64,000 nt of DNA. It comes from a virus. The translations under genes and the position numbers were made by a program. Position 1 is the first letter of the stretch. Each line of letters begins with the position of its first letter. Positions 7,780 through 18,013 of this stretch are shown one piece after another. The notes beneath the pieces were generated by a model. The model had not been told where the DNA came from and did no database searches. It saw only the letters and a list, made by a program, of their open reading frames with translations. The stretch covers positions 1 through 64,000 of the IMG/VR virus record IMGVR_UViG_3300028569_000028; one strand, 5' to 3'.

Positions 7780-8982
7780 ATGAATAAACTTCAGCAATCA
7801 ATTATTTCTCTAATCTTCTCAGAACCTTTCTACGGACATTTGATTTCAAAGATGCGAATAACTAAAACTGATAAAATTCCTACAGCTGGAGTTTATATTA
7901 CTGATAAGATTAACCTAACTTACAATGAGGAATGGCTTGAAAGCTTAGAGCTTATCGATGTTGTGAAAGTGCTTAAGCATGAGTGTGCGCATATTTTACA
8001 AGAGCATATTACAAGAGCTAAACAGATTGGAGCAACTAGTCAAGAACTTCACAAGCGTTTTAACATTGCCACAGATGCAACTATTAATACCCACGATCTT
8101 ATTCCAACAGTTGAAAAGATTGGTGGAGTTACAATCAAAAGCCTAAATGAAATGCTTAAGGGAATGCTTGATAAAGCTAACGAAAAAGATAAAGGTAAAA
8201 GAAAGTTTAAGCCATTAGAAGAAGGAAAGCTTGCGGAGTATTATTACAACCGACTCAATGAGTTTGCAGAAGAAAATGCTGATATCCTTCCAGAGGGTGG
8301 AGGAATGGGTGAAACTATGGATGATCATTCTACTTGGGAACAATCCGAAGGGAATGAAGAAATGCAGAAAGAAATAGCAAAGCAAGCCATTAATGATGCA
8401 GTTAAAGGTGCTGGCGGTATTGGAAATTTGCCGGGAGATATTGCAGCACTTGTAAGTGATATGAATAAAAGCCAAGTTAACTGGAAACAACAGCTTAGAC
8501 AGATGTTCGTAAGTGCGCAAAAGAGTATAAAAGAATCAACAAGAAAAAGACGTAATAGACGTTATGGAATTCTCCAGCCGGGGTCAAAAAGAAAGCCTAA
8601 ATTTAAAGTTACCGTTGCAGTAGATACCTCAGGATCAATGAGTGGAGAACCTTTAAAACATGCGTGGGCTGAACTTTCCGCAATTCACAGCTCATTTACT
8701 GACATAGAGCTGATAGTAATAGAAGCCGACTGTGTTGTGCAGAATGTTTACGAATTTAATCCTAAACAAGTACCTGAATTTAAAGGAACTGGCGGCACAA
8801 GTTATTCTCCGGCAATACAAAAGGCAGCTGAACTTAAAACGGAACTACTGGTATTCATTGGAGACATGGACGCAGCGGATAAGCCAAATAAACCCAAGTT
8901 CCCTGTTGTTTGGTGCGTAACTGGAAATTCAAATCCTCCTGCCGACTTTGGAAAAGTTGTAAGAATAGAGGTAGGTAAATAA
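7780..8982 (+). CDS. metallopeptidase + vWA domain protein (DUF2201-like), MoxR partner
   Basis: HECAH zincin motif; MIDAS DTSGSM; GTGGT; DMD. Confidence 0.85.
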   Translation: MNKLQQSIISLIFSEPFYGHLISKMRITKTDKIPTAGVYITDKINLTYNEEWLESLELIDVVKVLKHECAHILQEHITRAKQIGATSQELHKRFNIATDATINTHDLIPTVEKIGGVTIKSLNEMLKGMLDKANEKDKGKRKFKPLEEGKLAEYYYNRLNEFAEENADILPEGGGMGETMDDHSTWEQSEGNEEMQKEIAKQAINDAVKGAGGIGNLPGDIAALVSDMNKSQVNWKQQLRQMFVSAQKSIKESTRKRRNRRYGILQPGSKRKPKFKVTVAVDTSGSMSGEPLKHAWAELSAIHSSFTDIELIVIEADCVVQNVYEFNPKQVPEFKGTGGTSYSPAIQKAAELKTELLVFIGDMDAADKPNKPKFPVVWCVTGNSNPPADFGKVVRIEVGK

Positions 8983-9560
8983 TGGAAGAGTGGAAGGAAT
9001 TTAGAAAAGGATACTCAATATCTAATCACGGAAGAGTTAGAAATGACGAGACTATGAAAATTAGAAAATTAAGTATAAGAAGAAGCTACTTATCTATTTA
9101 CATTGTGGATAAAAACTACGTAGTTCATAGGCTAGTAGCAAGTTATTTTTTAGAAAAAAGTAACTCAGATTTTAATGTGGTAAATCACTTAGATAGTAAT
9201 AGGTTAAACAATCACTATACAAATTTAGAATGGACCGATGTTAAAGGTAATACAAAGCATTGTTATGATAAAAAACGACACACTTCAATATGGTCAGAAG
9301 AGTTTAAAAGGAAAAGAGCAAAACCAAATGTACCTGCCAAAGCTCGCAAGCGTTATTTACCAATAGGAGTTAAAAAAATAAAGCAAAAAACTAAAGATAA
9401 GTACGTGGCTCAGATAGGAAATAATGAAAAGGGGCTAGTTTACCTAGGTATATATGATACTATAGAAGAAGCTTATAAAAAAATAAAAGACTGGTACTTT
9501 AATACTTATGGAGTATATCCTATGGAAAATTTCACCTACAATCTTAAGGACTCGGTTTAA
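8982..9560 (+). CDS. HNH homing endonuclease (NUMOD4-like N-terminus, AP2-like C-terminus)
   Basis: EEWK..YSISNHGRVRN; VHRLVA..VNHLDSNRLNNHYTNLEW; YLGIYDTIEEA. Confidence 0.85.
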   Translation: MEEWKEFRKGYSISNHGRVRNDETMKIRKLSIRRSYLSIYIVDKNYVVHRLVASYFLEKSNSDFNVVNHLDSNRLNNHYTNLEWTDVKGNTKHCYDKKRHTSIWSEEFKRKRAKPNVPAKARKRYLPIGVKKIKQKTKDKYVAQIGNNEKGLVYLGIYDTIEEAYKKIKDWYFNTYGVYPMENFTYNLKDSV

Positions 9561-9844
9561 TGTTCAAAGTTGGCGTTAGAAACTCCCCTCCTCCAGCTAC
9601 TTTTGGTAGAGTTATTTACTTGGAGAATTGTAAATGATAGAAAAAACTAAAGAAGTAGCTTCCAAAACTATATTTGTTTTGCTTATACTTAACATAATTG
9701 TCTTGCTAATTGCCAAGGGTTTTAGCTTGACAGTTATAGAAAATGTTAAAAGTAAGTTGAAATAATTTTGAAACAGTGCTAAAATTTAAACAAGTTTAAG
9801 ATGTTAAAACATTAAGAACTTATTACCAAAAAGGGAGAATTATT

Positions 9845-10579
9845 ATGCGGTACTTGTTAATTACTTTACTGTTAGTTTCATGCGGCAAAGATGGAAAGAA
9901 TGGGAGAAGTGGAGTTGACGGTAAGGATGGATTGAATGGACACTCTCTTACTTCTCAGATCAACATTGCATCTGTTTTGGAATGCTCTACTGGTGGACAA
10001 AGACTTGATATTTATTTAGATATGAATGATAATTTCTCTACGGATGAATATGACTTATATCTTAATAGTTTAGTTGCTTGTAATGGTATAAATGGAATTG
10101 ACGGAGAAGATGGTAATGATGGTTTTGATGGTAGAGATGGAGCTATTGGACTTCAAGGAGAACGAGGAGAGCAAGGACCGCCCGGATTAGAAGGTAAGGT
10201 TGGACCTCAAGGTTTAGATGGAATGCAAGGTCCACAAGGAATCCATGGCATTCAAGGTGCTGTAGGAGAACGTGGAGAAGTTGGTCCAAGGGGATTGCAA
10301 GGGAATGAAGGTGCTAATGGTGCTAATGGATTAGATGGTAAAGATGGTAGTAGTGGGGCAGTTATATCATCATATGTGTCCTCAAATTGTACGCCAATTT
10401 CAGGTACAAGTCTCTTCGTAAAGCCTAACTCAAGTAACTCCGCTGTGTACTCAACAGGCACTTGTTCGGGTTCTAGTAAGTTATATGAAATTGAAAATGG
10501 TACTTCTCTTTTCTTGGATTCTAACATACTAGCTATTAAACTAACTACAGGTGGAATTAGAGTTATTAAGTTCAATTAA
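9845..10579 (+). CDS. collagen-like lipoprotein
   Basis: lipobox LVSC; long Gly-X-Y tract. Confidence 0.8.
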   Translation: MRYLLITLLLVSCGKDGKNGRSGVDGKDGLNGHSLTSQINIASVLECSTGGQRLDIYLDMNDNFSTDEYDLYLNSLVACNGINGIDGEDGNDGFDGRDGAIGLQGERGEQGPPGLEGKVGPQGLDGMQGPQGIHGIQGAVGERGEVGPRGLQGNEGANGANGLDGKDGSSGAVISSYVSSNCTPISGTSLFVKPNSSNSAVYSTGTCSGSSKLYEIENGTSLFLDSNILAIKLTTGGIRVIKFN

Positions 10580-10582
10580 TAT

Positions 10583-10818
10583 GAGCAAACCTGTGAACTG
10601 TTGGCAGGGATTCGAATGACTCAGAGTAGGCTTGGATTGGAACCTTCGATTAGGTATCAAGTACGGCTGACGAGACAGTGTAGCGGGGCGGGAGTTTGTT
10701 AGTTTGATAACCGCAGCGAACAACCTTAAACTATCGTTACCGTGTCACATACGGATTGAACTTGAATGTGCTAGACGCTATAGGGTTTGGAGTTGTGAGG
10801 TGGCGGCTCGCTTTTTTT
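10583..10818 (+). ncRNA. candidate structured RNA (unclassified)
   Basis: GC-richer than flanks, no convincing ORF, several helices, ends in a T7 run. Confidence 0.35.
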
Positions 10819-11125
10819 AGGAGAACTAAGCATGAGAATTGCTTTAAAATATGTAAAGAAAAATGAACATGGTATAATCCCTTATTACTACGACGATGAT
10901 TCTCTTAAAGGGGTTAGCATCATGGGGGTAAGACGGGGGTATATTTTTCTACTTAAATACTTTAGTGAGGAAGCTAAGCAGTTTCTTTTAATTAAGTTTA
11001 AACGATAGGAAGTAATATGAACCTCAAAGAAATCAAAGACGCAGCTAGACAGGCTTTCCGAGATCAGCAATTACAAGATACTGAAAGTGGAGTGCCGGAC
11101 AAGTATTAAAAGAGATAGGTGAAGA

Positions 11126-11371
11126 ATGAACATCAACGGAACATGCCCTCACTGTAACGCAAGCTTAGACGGTGACTTAGTTATCAACTATCCACTTAGC
11201 CAAGGCAAATCAAGGGAAGAAGCTTTAGCTTATGCAGCAAGTTATACTGGCTGGGAAGAGCATGGGGAAGATAATCGATGGGGTAGAGCAGTTGCTTTGT
11301 ATTGCATGGACAGGGATCGTACAATAGGGTATAGGTGCCCTGATTGTAATGAGACTTGGGAGAGGAAGTAA
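11126..11371 (+). CDS. zinc-ribbon protein
   Basis: CPHC...CPDC. Confidence 0.65.
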   Translation: MNINGTCPHCNASLDGDLVINYPLSQGKSREEALAYAASYTGWEEHGEDNRWGRAVALYCMDRDRTIGYRCPDCNETWERK

Positions 11372-11859
11372 TGCCACGACATCATTGGGGAGATGAAGAT
11401 TTTGATTGGGACTCGCTATATAAAGCAGAGCGTGAGCTTAACCATATAATGAAAAGGTATGGTAGAATTGGCGTACACTCAAAAGAGAAGTACGGCACTC
11501 TTCGATTTTCCATTTACTTCTGCAATGGCACTCTCCATTCATTCACTCATCCCGGCTACGTATATTCTCAGTATCCAAAATGGCTTTGGTCATTCGATGT
11601 AATTAATAAGCCACTCAAGTATATTTATCCAATCATTAACTTCTGGCAGAAGCTTGTGTTCCAATATGCTTTCACTACAGTATGTGCTAAGTATCCGCAT
11701 ATACGCAAAGAAATTATTAGTGACGCTCCAAAAGAATTACTTCCTTGCGAACTTGCTATAGAGTGTGCTAAAATGTGGAGTAACAGTTGTAGTTTTTGTA
11801 AAAAAATGTCTACAACCGATCATTACAAGTGTCCTCATTGTGGAGAATTGAAAAGATAA
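11356..11859 (+). CDS. hypothetical protein with C-terminal zinc ribbon
   Basis: KEKYGTLRF motif; CSFC...CPHC. Confidence 0.6.
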   Translation: MGEEVMPRHHWGDEDFDWDSLYKAERELNHIMKRYGRIGVHSKEKYGTLRFSIYFCNGTLHSFTHPGYVYSQYPKWLWSFDVINKPLKYIYPIINFWQKLVFQYAFTTVCAKYPHIRKEIISDAPKELLPCELAIECAKMWSNSCSFCKKMSTTDHYKCPHCGELKR

Positions 11860-11986
11860 TGGAGCCGTTTAAGTTGCGACAATTTGTCACGACCTCATTC
11901 TAGATAAACGGTAGGTGCTTGAAATCGGTTCAAGTTAAATGATGGCACAAACCAGCAGCCTTTAAGTCCTTTTATAGGAGGAAGAA

Positions 11987-12166
11987 GTGAAAACTACTAT
12001 ATCAAAGTACGCTAGTTACATCAACGTAAAAGAATGGGACGATTCCTTCCGTCCTCTTAAAACCAAAGAACTTGCTAATGGTATTTACTTAGACTACAAT
12101 AAAGATGGAGAGCTTGTTGGTATTGAAATACTTTCAGAGCTTGTACCAGAGTATTATAAGGAATAA
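11987..12166 (+). CDS. DUF2283-like small protein (59 aa, not in ORF track)
   Basis: GTG start after AGGAGG; IYLDYNKDGELVGIEIL. Confidence 0.65.
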   Translation: MKTTISKYASYINVKEWDDSFRPLKTKELANGIYLDYNKDGELVGIEILSELVPEYYKE

Positions 12167-12168
12167 GA

Positions 12169-12396
12169 ATGACTAAATACAAAATAGCAGAAGTAGCCGT
12201 TGAAATTAAAGACAATGGCGAGGTACTGTACTGGGTGTATTGTGCTGGCACGTTTCCTGAGCAAGGTGGTAGGGCGTTTACTTACGGTAACTTCGGCACT
12301 CCCAATCTGGAACAATCGCTGGATAAGATGAAGAGTATACTGCTTAAAGACCAAGCTCTTATATTAGAGAAAGTAAAGGGACAAGTGGATGAATGA
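12169..12396 (+). CDS. hypothetical protein
   Basis: ORF with AAGGA RBS. Confidence 0.55.
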   Translation: MTKYKIAEVAVEIKDNGEVLYWVYCAGTFPEQGGRAFTYGNFGTPNLEQSLDKMKSILLKDQALILEKVKGQVDE

Positions 12397-12697
12397 GTAT
12401 AAGCCTGATAGATGGATTATATTAAAGATAACTAATGGCGAAAAAGTTATATACAAAGTTATGGGTGGTTGGTATGGTGGCTATTTAGGAGCTGATAGCT
12501 GGCGTATGAATAGCGGCATAACTAAAGTTGAACTTGATGTAGGTACTTACAACTTCCATGGACACAGCGGAAGCGTTTACTTGTGCCACAAGAATAGTTA
12601 CGGTACAACAGTATTTATGAGTTCAGCATTGCCTGATAGCGATAATGTACAAATACTCCCTGATTCTGATTTCACTACATTGCTGGAGAAGCTATGA
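12389..12697 (+). CDS. conserved phage hypothetical protein
   Basis: PDRW...YKVMGGWYGGYLGADSWRMNSGI motif of a kind common in large phages. Confidence 0.65.
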   Translation: MNEYKPDRWIILKITNGEKVIYKVMGGWYGGYLGADSWRMNSGITKVELDVGTYNFHGHSGSVYLCHKNSYGTTVFMSSALPDSDNVQILPDSDFTTLLEKL

Positions 12698-12848
12698 CAG
12701 AAATACTCTACGACCTAATAAATAACGAGCTGCTTCTTTTCACTGGAGCGTTTGAAGTTGATGTAAAAACAAAAACCATGACTTTATACTTGCAAACTAA
12801 TCGTAAACGTATTAAAATAATTAATGCGAGTCAACTCACTCACATAGG

Positions 12849-13061
12849 ATGGTTATGAAAGTAATTGAACAAGTAAAGCTACAAAAAGATATTAAAGTTC
12901 CTTTTAATGTTTGGCGCATGTTTAGTGAGCAATGTGAGTTTATTAACATTGCTGGAAGTCAAGCCTCACTTGGAGGGGATTTTGGAACAACTGAAGAACT
13001 AAGAGAAGCTGTTAAGTTTTATGTTGAGCAGCTAGGTGGAACTGTTAAGTGGGGTAAGTAG
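12849..13061 (+). CDS. hypothetical protein
   Basis: ORF in operon. Confidence 0.55.
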   Translation: MVMKVIEQVKLQKDIKVPFNVWRMFSEQCEFINIAGSQASLGGDFGTTEELREAVKFYVEQLGGTVKWGK

Positions 13062-13420
13062 TGTTTACTTCCTGTATTCTGTTCTATTCATTCCTTGCTG
13101 GGATCGATCCACAGTTAACTCAAGCAGTTATACAAGTTGAAAGCAGGGGAGATCCTTATGCTGTTGGAAAGCTTGATGATTCTGGCTTAATGCAAATTCG
13201 TCACAGGTTCGTCCCAGAAACTCAACAACAACTATTCCAAGGCTGTACCAACATTAAGCGGGGCGTTGCTCTTTTAAAGCAAGCAAGAGAAAAATGTAAG
13301 CACAAGTTAGACAATACTTGGCTTGTATGTTACAATGTAGGTTTGAAAGGAGGCTCTAAGATTCGTTACCCAAGTAGTTTTATTTACTACAAAAAAGTTA
13401 TGTCTGAGATGAAAAAATAA
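13061..13420 (+). CDS. soluble lytic transglycosylase (SLT domain)
   Basis: AVIQVES (catalytic Glu), GLMQI, CYNVG. Confidence 0.85.
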   Translation: MFTSCILFYSFLAGIDPQLTQAVIQVESRGDPYAVGKLDDSGLMQIRHRFVPETQQQLFQGCTNIKRGVALLKQAREKCKHKLDNTWLVCYNVGLKGGSKIRYPSSFIYYKKVMSEMKK

Positions 13421-13477
13421 ATTGAAAAAGCTAACATTGTTTGATATATTATAAACCTAGATTGTAATGGGGGTTAT

Positions 13478-15334
13478 GTGGAAAAAAGCGTTAAAGTTAT
13501 GTCGGACATCACAGTTTTTTCAAAGTATGCTAAATTTAATAAAAATGAAAACAGAAGAGAGACTTGGGAAGAAATTTGCATTCGCAATAGAGATATGCAT
13601 ATTAAAAAATACCCGCAATTAGAAGCTGAGATTCGTCAAGTTTATACCGACTTTGTAATTCCTAAAAAAGTTCTTCCATCAATGCGTTCAATGCAGTTTG
13701 GAGGAAAGCCTATCGAAATTAGTCCTAACCGTATTTTTAACTGCGCTTATGCTCCAGCAGATAGCCACTTAATCTTTTCTGAAGCAATGTTTCTTTTGCT
13801 AGGGGGGACAGGACTTGGATATTCTGTACAACGACATCATGTTGAAAAAATTGGGGAAGTTGTTAAGCCGGGAAGACCTAGACGTTTTCTTATTGAAGAC
13901 TCAATTCAAGGCTGGGCTGAAGCTGTAAAAAAACTTATGGAAGCTTATTTTAAAGGTAAATCTTTGCCTGTGTTTGACTTTTCCGACATTAGAGCTAAAG
14001 GAGCTGAGCTTGTGACTTCAGGGGGTAAAGCTCCGGGTCCAGAACCACTCAAGACTTGCTTGTTTAATCTTCAACGTATTCTTGATAGAAAGCAGATTGG
14101 AGATAAGCTTGGAACTTTAGAAGTTCACGACCTACTTTGTTTTGTAGCCGATGCGGTACTATCTGGTGGAATTCGTAGAGCAGCTTTAATATCTCTCTTT
14201 GATGTTGATGACGAAGATATGCTGACTTGCAAGTTTGGAAGCTGGTGGGAGCTTAATCCACAACGAGGAAGATCTAATAACTCAGCGGTTGTAATTCGCC
14301 ATAAAGTAACTGAAAGTACTTTTAAAGGTTTGTGGGAGAAAATTAAAGCTTCTGGTTCTGGAGAGCCGGGGTTGTACTTTTCAAACAATGCAGACTGGGG
14401 AACAAATCCATGCTGTGAAATCGCTCTGCGTCCATTCCAATTCTGTAATTTGACAGAAATTAACGCATCTGATATTGTAGATCAAGTTGACTTAAATGCT
14501 CGTGCCAAAGCTGCTGCATTTATTGGAACGCTCCAAGCAAGTTACACAGATTTCTACTACTTGCGAGATATTTGGCAGAAGACAACTGAGAAGGATGCTT
14601 TGATTGGAGTTGGTATTACTGGCATTGCTTCTGGAGTTATTCTACCGCTAGACTTAAATAAAGCCTCTAACGTTGTAAAGGAAGAAAATGCTAGGATTGC
14701 GGATATTATCGGCATTAATCATGCTGCTAGGACTACTTGTGTTAAGCCATCTGGTACAACATCGCTTGTTGTCGGGAGTAGTAGCGGTATCCATGCTTGG
14801 CATTCTGAGTATTATATTAGAAATATACGCTTTGGTAAAAACGAAACAATCTACAAATATCTTGCAGCCAATCACCCAGAAATCGTACAAGACGAATTCT
14901 TTAAACCGCACGAACAAGCCGTAGTAGGCATTCCAGTTAAAGCTCCAGAGAACGCTATTTTCCGCACAGAATCGGCTATTGAACTTCTGGAGCGAATTAA
15001 GAAATTCTCTTTAGAGTGGGTAAAGCCGGGACATAGAAAAGGCGATAATACACATAATGTTTCAGCTACTATTTCAGTTGGAGAAGACGAGTGGGACATT
15101 GTTGGGCAGTGGATGTGGGAAAATAGACATTGCTATAATGGACTTTCTGTCCTTCCAAGAAATGAGCATAGTTATCAACAACCCCCATTTGAAGAATGTT
15201 CCAAAGAGAAATTTGAAGAGTTGTATAAAAGTCTTAAGAATGTTGACTTGACAAAAGTTATTGAGATGAGCGATAATACAGATCTAAGCGGAGAGCTTGC
15301 TTGTGCAAATGGTGTATGTGAAGTTAATTTTTAA
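13478..15334 (+). CDS. nrdJ: class II (adenosylcobalamin-dependent) ribonucleotide reductase
   Basis: NPCCEI active-site loop, KPSGTTS, C-terminal CANGVC; no beta subunit gene nearby. Confidence 0.9.
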   Translation: MEKSVKVMSDITVFSKYAKFNKNENRRETWEEICIRNRDMHIKKYPQLEAEIRQVYTDFVIPKKVLPSMRSMQFGGKPIEISPNRIFNCAYAPADSHLIFSEAMFLLLGGTGLGYSVQRHHVEKIGEVVKPGRPRRFLIEDSIQGWAEAVKKLMEAYFKGKSLPVFDFSDIRAKGAELVTSGGKAPGPEPLKTCLFNLQRILDRKQIGDKLGTLEVHDLLCFVADAVLSGGIRRAALISLFDVDDEDMLTCKFGSWWELNPQRGRSNNSAVVIRHKVTESTFKGLWEKIKASGSGEPGLYFSNNADWGTNPCCEIALRPFQFCNLTEINASDIVDQVDLNARAKAAAFIGTLQASYTDFYYLRDIWQKTTEKDALIGVGITGIASGVILPLDLNKASNVVKEENARIADIIGINHAARTTCVKPSGTTSLVVGSSSGIHAWHSEYYIRNIRFGKNETIYKYLAANHPEIVQDEFFKPHEQAVVGIPVKAPENAIFRTESAIELLERIKKFSLEWVKPGHRKGDNTHNVSATISVGEDEWDIVGQWMWENRHCYNGLSVLPRNEHSYQQPPFEECSKEKFEELYKSLKNVDLTKVIEMSDNTDLSGELACANGVCEVNF

Positions 15335-15480
15335 TTAGGAGATTTATGAAAACATTTACTATTATATTCCTTCTAGGATTCTTTGTATCTTGTGCCAGTA
15401 ATCAGGATAAGCCTGTGGTAAAAGAAGAACCGGCACGACCATATACAGACTATCCAAATTTTTACAGATAAACTTTAACT

Positions 15481-16485
15481 TTGAAGGTTCCCTTGGGCAT
15501 TGATGTATCATTTTCTGCTTTAGACTGCTTTGAACAATGCTCGGAGAAGTATAGACTTCGTTATAGAGAACGGCTAACCTCTGAGAAAATTCCAAGTCCT
15601 TTGTTCTTTGGTACAGCTATTGATGCTGCGGTTGAACTTTTTCTACTAAAGAGAAAGGTAAATCTAACCGAGAAAGAACTTGACTTGCTTCTGAATGAAA
15701 ATGCATATTCAATGTTTGACAAAACCATGCGAGAGCAGAATGGTGCATTACTTGAAAGGAATCCTTTGTGTGAGTATTTCTATTCTGACTTTGATCCAAA
15801 CATCCTACTGGCTGAAGATTTTAAAGCACTTACAAAATCCTATCCAAGTATTACAGACTGGGAAGAATTCTTTGCCTATTGTAAAAAAAGCATAAAAACC
15901 CATGGAGAGCTTAAGCCGGGATCAAAAATTGCTTTTAATAACCTATGTTGGCTTAGCCTTTATCGAAAGGGCGAAATGATGCTTAAGGCTTATGAAAGAG
16001 ACATTCTTCCAGAGATTCAAGAAGTATTCGATATTCAAAAAGAAGTTCAGCTATTAAATGAATCTGGAGATCGACTAAGGGGTAAAATTGACTTTATTGC
16101 GAGTTTTAAAGATGATCCTAGCGCAAAGTTCATTATTGATAACAAAACCTCCTCAGAAGCTTATAAAGCAGATTCTGTGGCAAACAGCACTCAGCTTGCT
16201 ATTTACTGCGAAGCTGAGGCTTGTGATAGAGCTAGTTACGTTGTTATGGAAAAAAAGATGCGACTTAAAGAGCCAAAAGCAAGAACCCAGCTTATAAAAG
16301 ACATTATCTCTAATGAGCATAAGCAGAAAACATTTGACATTATAGAACAAAAGCTTAATAATATAGCCTGTGCAGAGTTTCATAAAAAGGACTCTCCAAA
16401 AGAATGCCACTTTTTCGGCAAGCCTTGCGAGTTTTTTAATTTATGCTGGCATGGGAGAATGGATGGGATCAAAAAGAAAAATTAA
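15481..16485 (+). CDS. PD-(D/E)XK nuclease (RecB/Cas4-like)
   Basis: SFSALDCFEQC; GKIDF; IIDNKT; QLAIY; C-terminal Cys cluster. Confidence 0.8.
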   Translation: MKVPLGIDVSFSALDCFEQCSEKYRLRYRERLTSEKIPSPLFFGTAIDAAVELFLLKRKVNLTEKELDLLLNENAYSMFDKTMREQNGALLERNPLCEYFYSDFDPNILLAEDFKALTKSYPSITDWEEFFAYCKKSIKTHGELKPGSKIAFNNLCWLSLYRKGEMMLKAYERDILPEIQEVFDIQKEVQLLNESGDRLRGKIDFIASFKDDPSAKFIIDNKTSSEAYKADSVANSTQLAIYCEAEACDRASYVVMEKKMRLKEPKARTQLIKDIISNEHKQKTFDIIEQKLNNIACAEFHKKDSPKECHFFGKPCEFFNLCWHGRMDGIKKKN

Positions 16486-16678
16486 AGTTGGAGATAATGT
16501 CCTTTGTATACAGGAATTACACGTGCCTAAATTTATTGGACATGTTTGGAAAGTTATAGAAATAGATACAGATAATGGTTTATATTACTGTATTAATCAT
16601 AATATGATAGAGCTTGAGTATGTTTTTCGTTTGGAGGAAATTGCTATAAATTCATCATTAATAAGGGAGTTATTGTGA
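16463..16678 (+). CDS. small SH3/KOW-like protein with C-terminal SSLIRELL tail
   Basis: IKVGDNV; start refined to ATG 16463 after GGGAG. Confidence 0.6.
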   Translation: MGSKRKIKVGDNVLCIQELHVPKFIGHVWKVIEIDTDNGLYYCINHNMIELEYVFRLEEIAINSSLIRELL

Positions 16679-16842
16679 CTTTTAAAAAAGGTGATAAAAT
16701 TATAGACTTACCAAGTGGTAGGATATTCATAATTAAATATATGTTAGACAAAAAGCCCGTTGTTAATAATGGAGAATTTGATTTTCCACTTAGACTGGAA
16801 GTTGTTATAAAATGGAGTCCCTTAATGGAGGAATTGATATGA
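16675..16842 (+). CDS. small SH3/KOW-like protein with C-terminal SPLMEELI tail (55 aa, not in ORF track)
   Basis: GTG start overlapping previous TGA; MTFKKGDKII...WSPLMEELI. Confidence 0.65.
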   Translation: MTFKKGDKIIDLPSGRIFIIKYMLDKKPVVNNGEFDFPLRLEVVIKWSPLMEELI

Positions 16843-17177
16843 GCGATTTAGAGAAGAAGTCCAAGAAAGAGCTATTGGACATTATTGACCAGCTTAAAGA
16901 AAAGCTAGGAGAGATGCAAGGAGTTGAAGCTAAGCAAGAATCTTTAGAGCAAAGTTTGCCGGGAGTTGGCTTATCTGTTATTCAAGACAGAGATGGACTT
17001 TTCAAGATTCTGGAAATTTCATTTGACTTTGATTCAAAAGCCGCTACAATTACAAGTGTGACAAATGCCAACTCAACTGGGTATGACTATGCACTTTATG
17101 ATGCAAAGAAATTCTTGGTAGAACGAATTATGCATAAGTCTAATATTAACCATTTAAAGGAGAAAAAAAATGGATAA
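16839..17177 (+). CDS. hypothetical protein
   Basis: ATG 16839 after GGAGG; N-terminal coiled coil. Confidence 0.6.
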   Translation: MSDLEKKSKKELLDIIDQLKEKLGEMQGVEAKQESLEQSLPGVGLSVIQDRDGLFKILEISFDFDSKAATITSVTNANSTGYDYALYDAKKFLVERIMHKSNINHLKEKKNG

Positions 17178-17424
17178 GGAATTTGCTAAACGTCTTAAAA
17201 AGCTTGTGCCGGAAGATGGTGGATTTGATCTAAGTTTCAACCTATCTAACTCAGGTCAAGCTGGTAAGGTTGCATCTACTTTAAATCTTACAATCTTTTC
17301 AGCTGGTAAAGAAGGTAAAGGTCCAATCATTACAAAGAAAGTATCTATTCCAGCAATTGCTGCAACTATTGCCGAAGCTAATATTATTGCTTTGGAAGAT
17401 ACTCTAAGTCTGTTGGGGGTATAG
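17170..17424 (+). CDS. hypothetical protein
   Basis: ORF with AAGGAG RBS. Confidence 0.6.
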   Translation: MDKEFAKRLKKLVPEDGGFDLSFNLSNSGQAGKVASTLNLTIFSAGKEGKGPIITKKVSIPAIAATIAEANIIALEDTLSLLGV

Positions 17425-17428
17425 TTAA

Positions 17429-18013
17429 GTGGACTTCCAAAAGAGAGAAAGCTTTAGAATAAATGTAATCTCCATGTTGGAAACAATATACGGTTTGGGT
17501 GAAGTCTGGGCATTTCACCCAAGTTTTTTAAACATACTAGTATCTAATACAGGAAAAGCAAAAAACGCACTTACTGGAACTGAGTTTTCTATAAGAAAAA
17601 CTTGGCAGGGGTATTGCGTTTGTAGTATTCCTACATTTCATACTACTGGAGTTAAAAAATCAAAAAGTTATTTAGTTCATAGATTAGTAGCAGAAACATT
17701 TTTTACTTTTTTGGTAAATGCAAAAGATTATGAAGTTAATCACATTTCTGGAGATAAATCAGATAATAGTGTTTATAATTTAAATTGGATGACTAGACAA
17801 GAAAATCTCCAACATGCTAGAGATACTGGACTATTTAAATCGTGTTTTGGCTCAGCAAATGGTAGATTTAAGCATTTAGATTCTGATTTGAAAGATATTG
17901 TGGATTTAAAAAAACTAGGCTATACTTATACGGAGATTGCAAAATCGTATAATTTGAAGCCAACTTATATGTCTACCCTATTAAAAAGGAGGGGATTTTT
18001 ATGTCAGGATTAA
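17429..18013 (+). CDS. HNH homing endonuclease with C-terminal HTH
   Basis: VHRLVAETF..VNHISGDKSDNSVYNLNWMTRQEN; TYTEIAKSYNL. Confidence 0.85.
   Translation: MDFQKRESFRINVISMLETIYGLGEVWAFHPSFLNILVSNTGKAKNALTGTEFSIRKTWQGYCVCSIPTFHTTGVKKSKSYLVHRLVAETFFTFLVNAKDYEVNHISGDKSDNSVYNLNWMTRQENLQHARDTGLFKSCFGSANGRFKHLDSDLKDIVDLKKLGYTYTEIAKSYNLKPTYMSTLLKRRGFLCQD

Noticed and set aside
10595-10650. tRNA or tmRNA (TTCGAAT loop-like strings)
   Set aside because: Flanking bases do not form a T-stem or acceptor stem, and there is no tag ORF ending in Ala-Ala.
10665-10725. Hammerhead ribozyme (CTGACGA ... CGAA)
   Set aside because: The required GAAA and a compact stem II are missing.
12670-12697. FTTLLEKL as a tenth member of the C-terminal tail family
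   Set aside because: Register of E and L differs from the consensus and the protein belongs to another family; borderline only.
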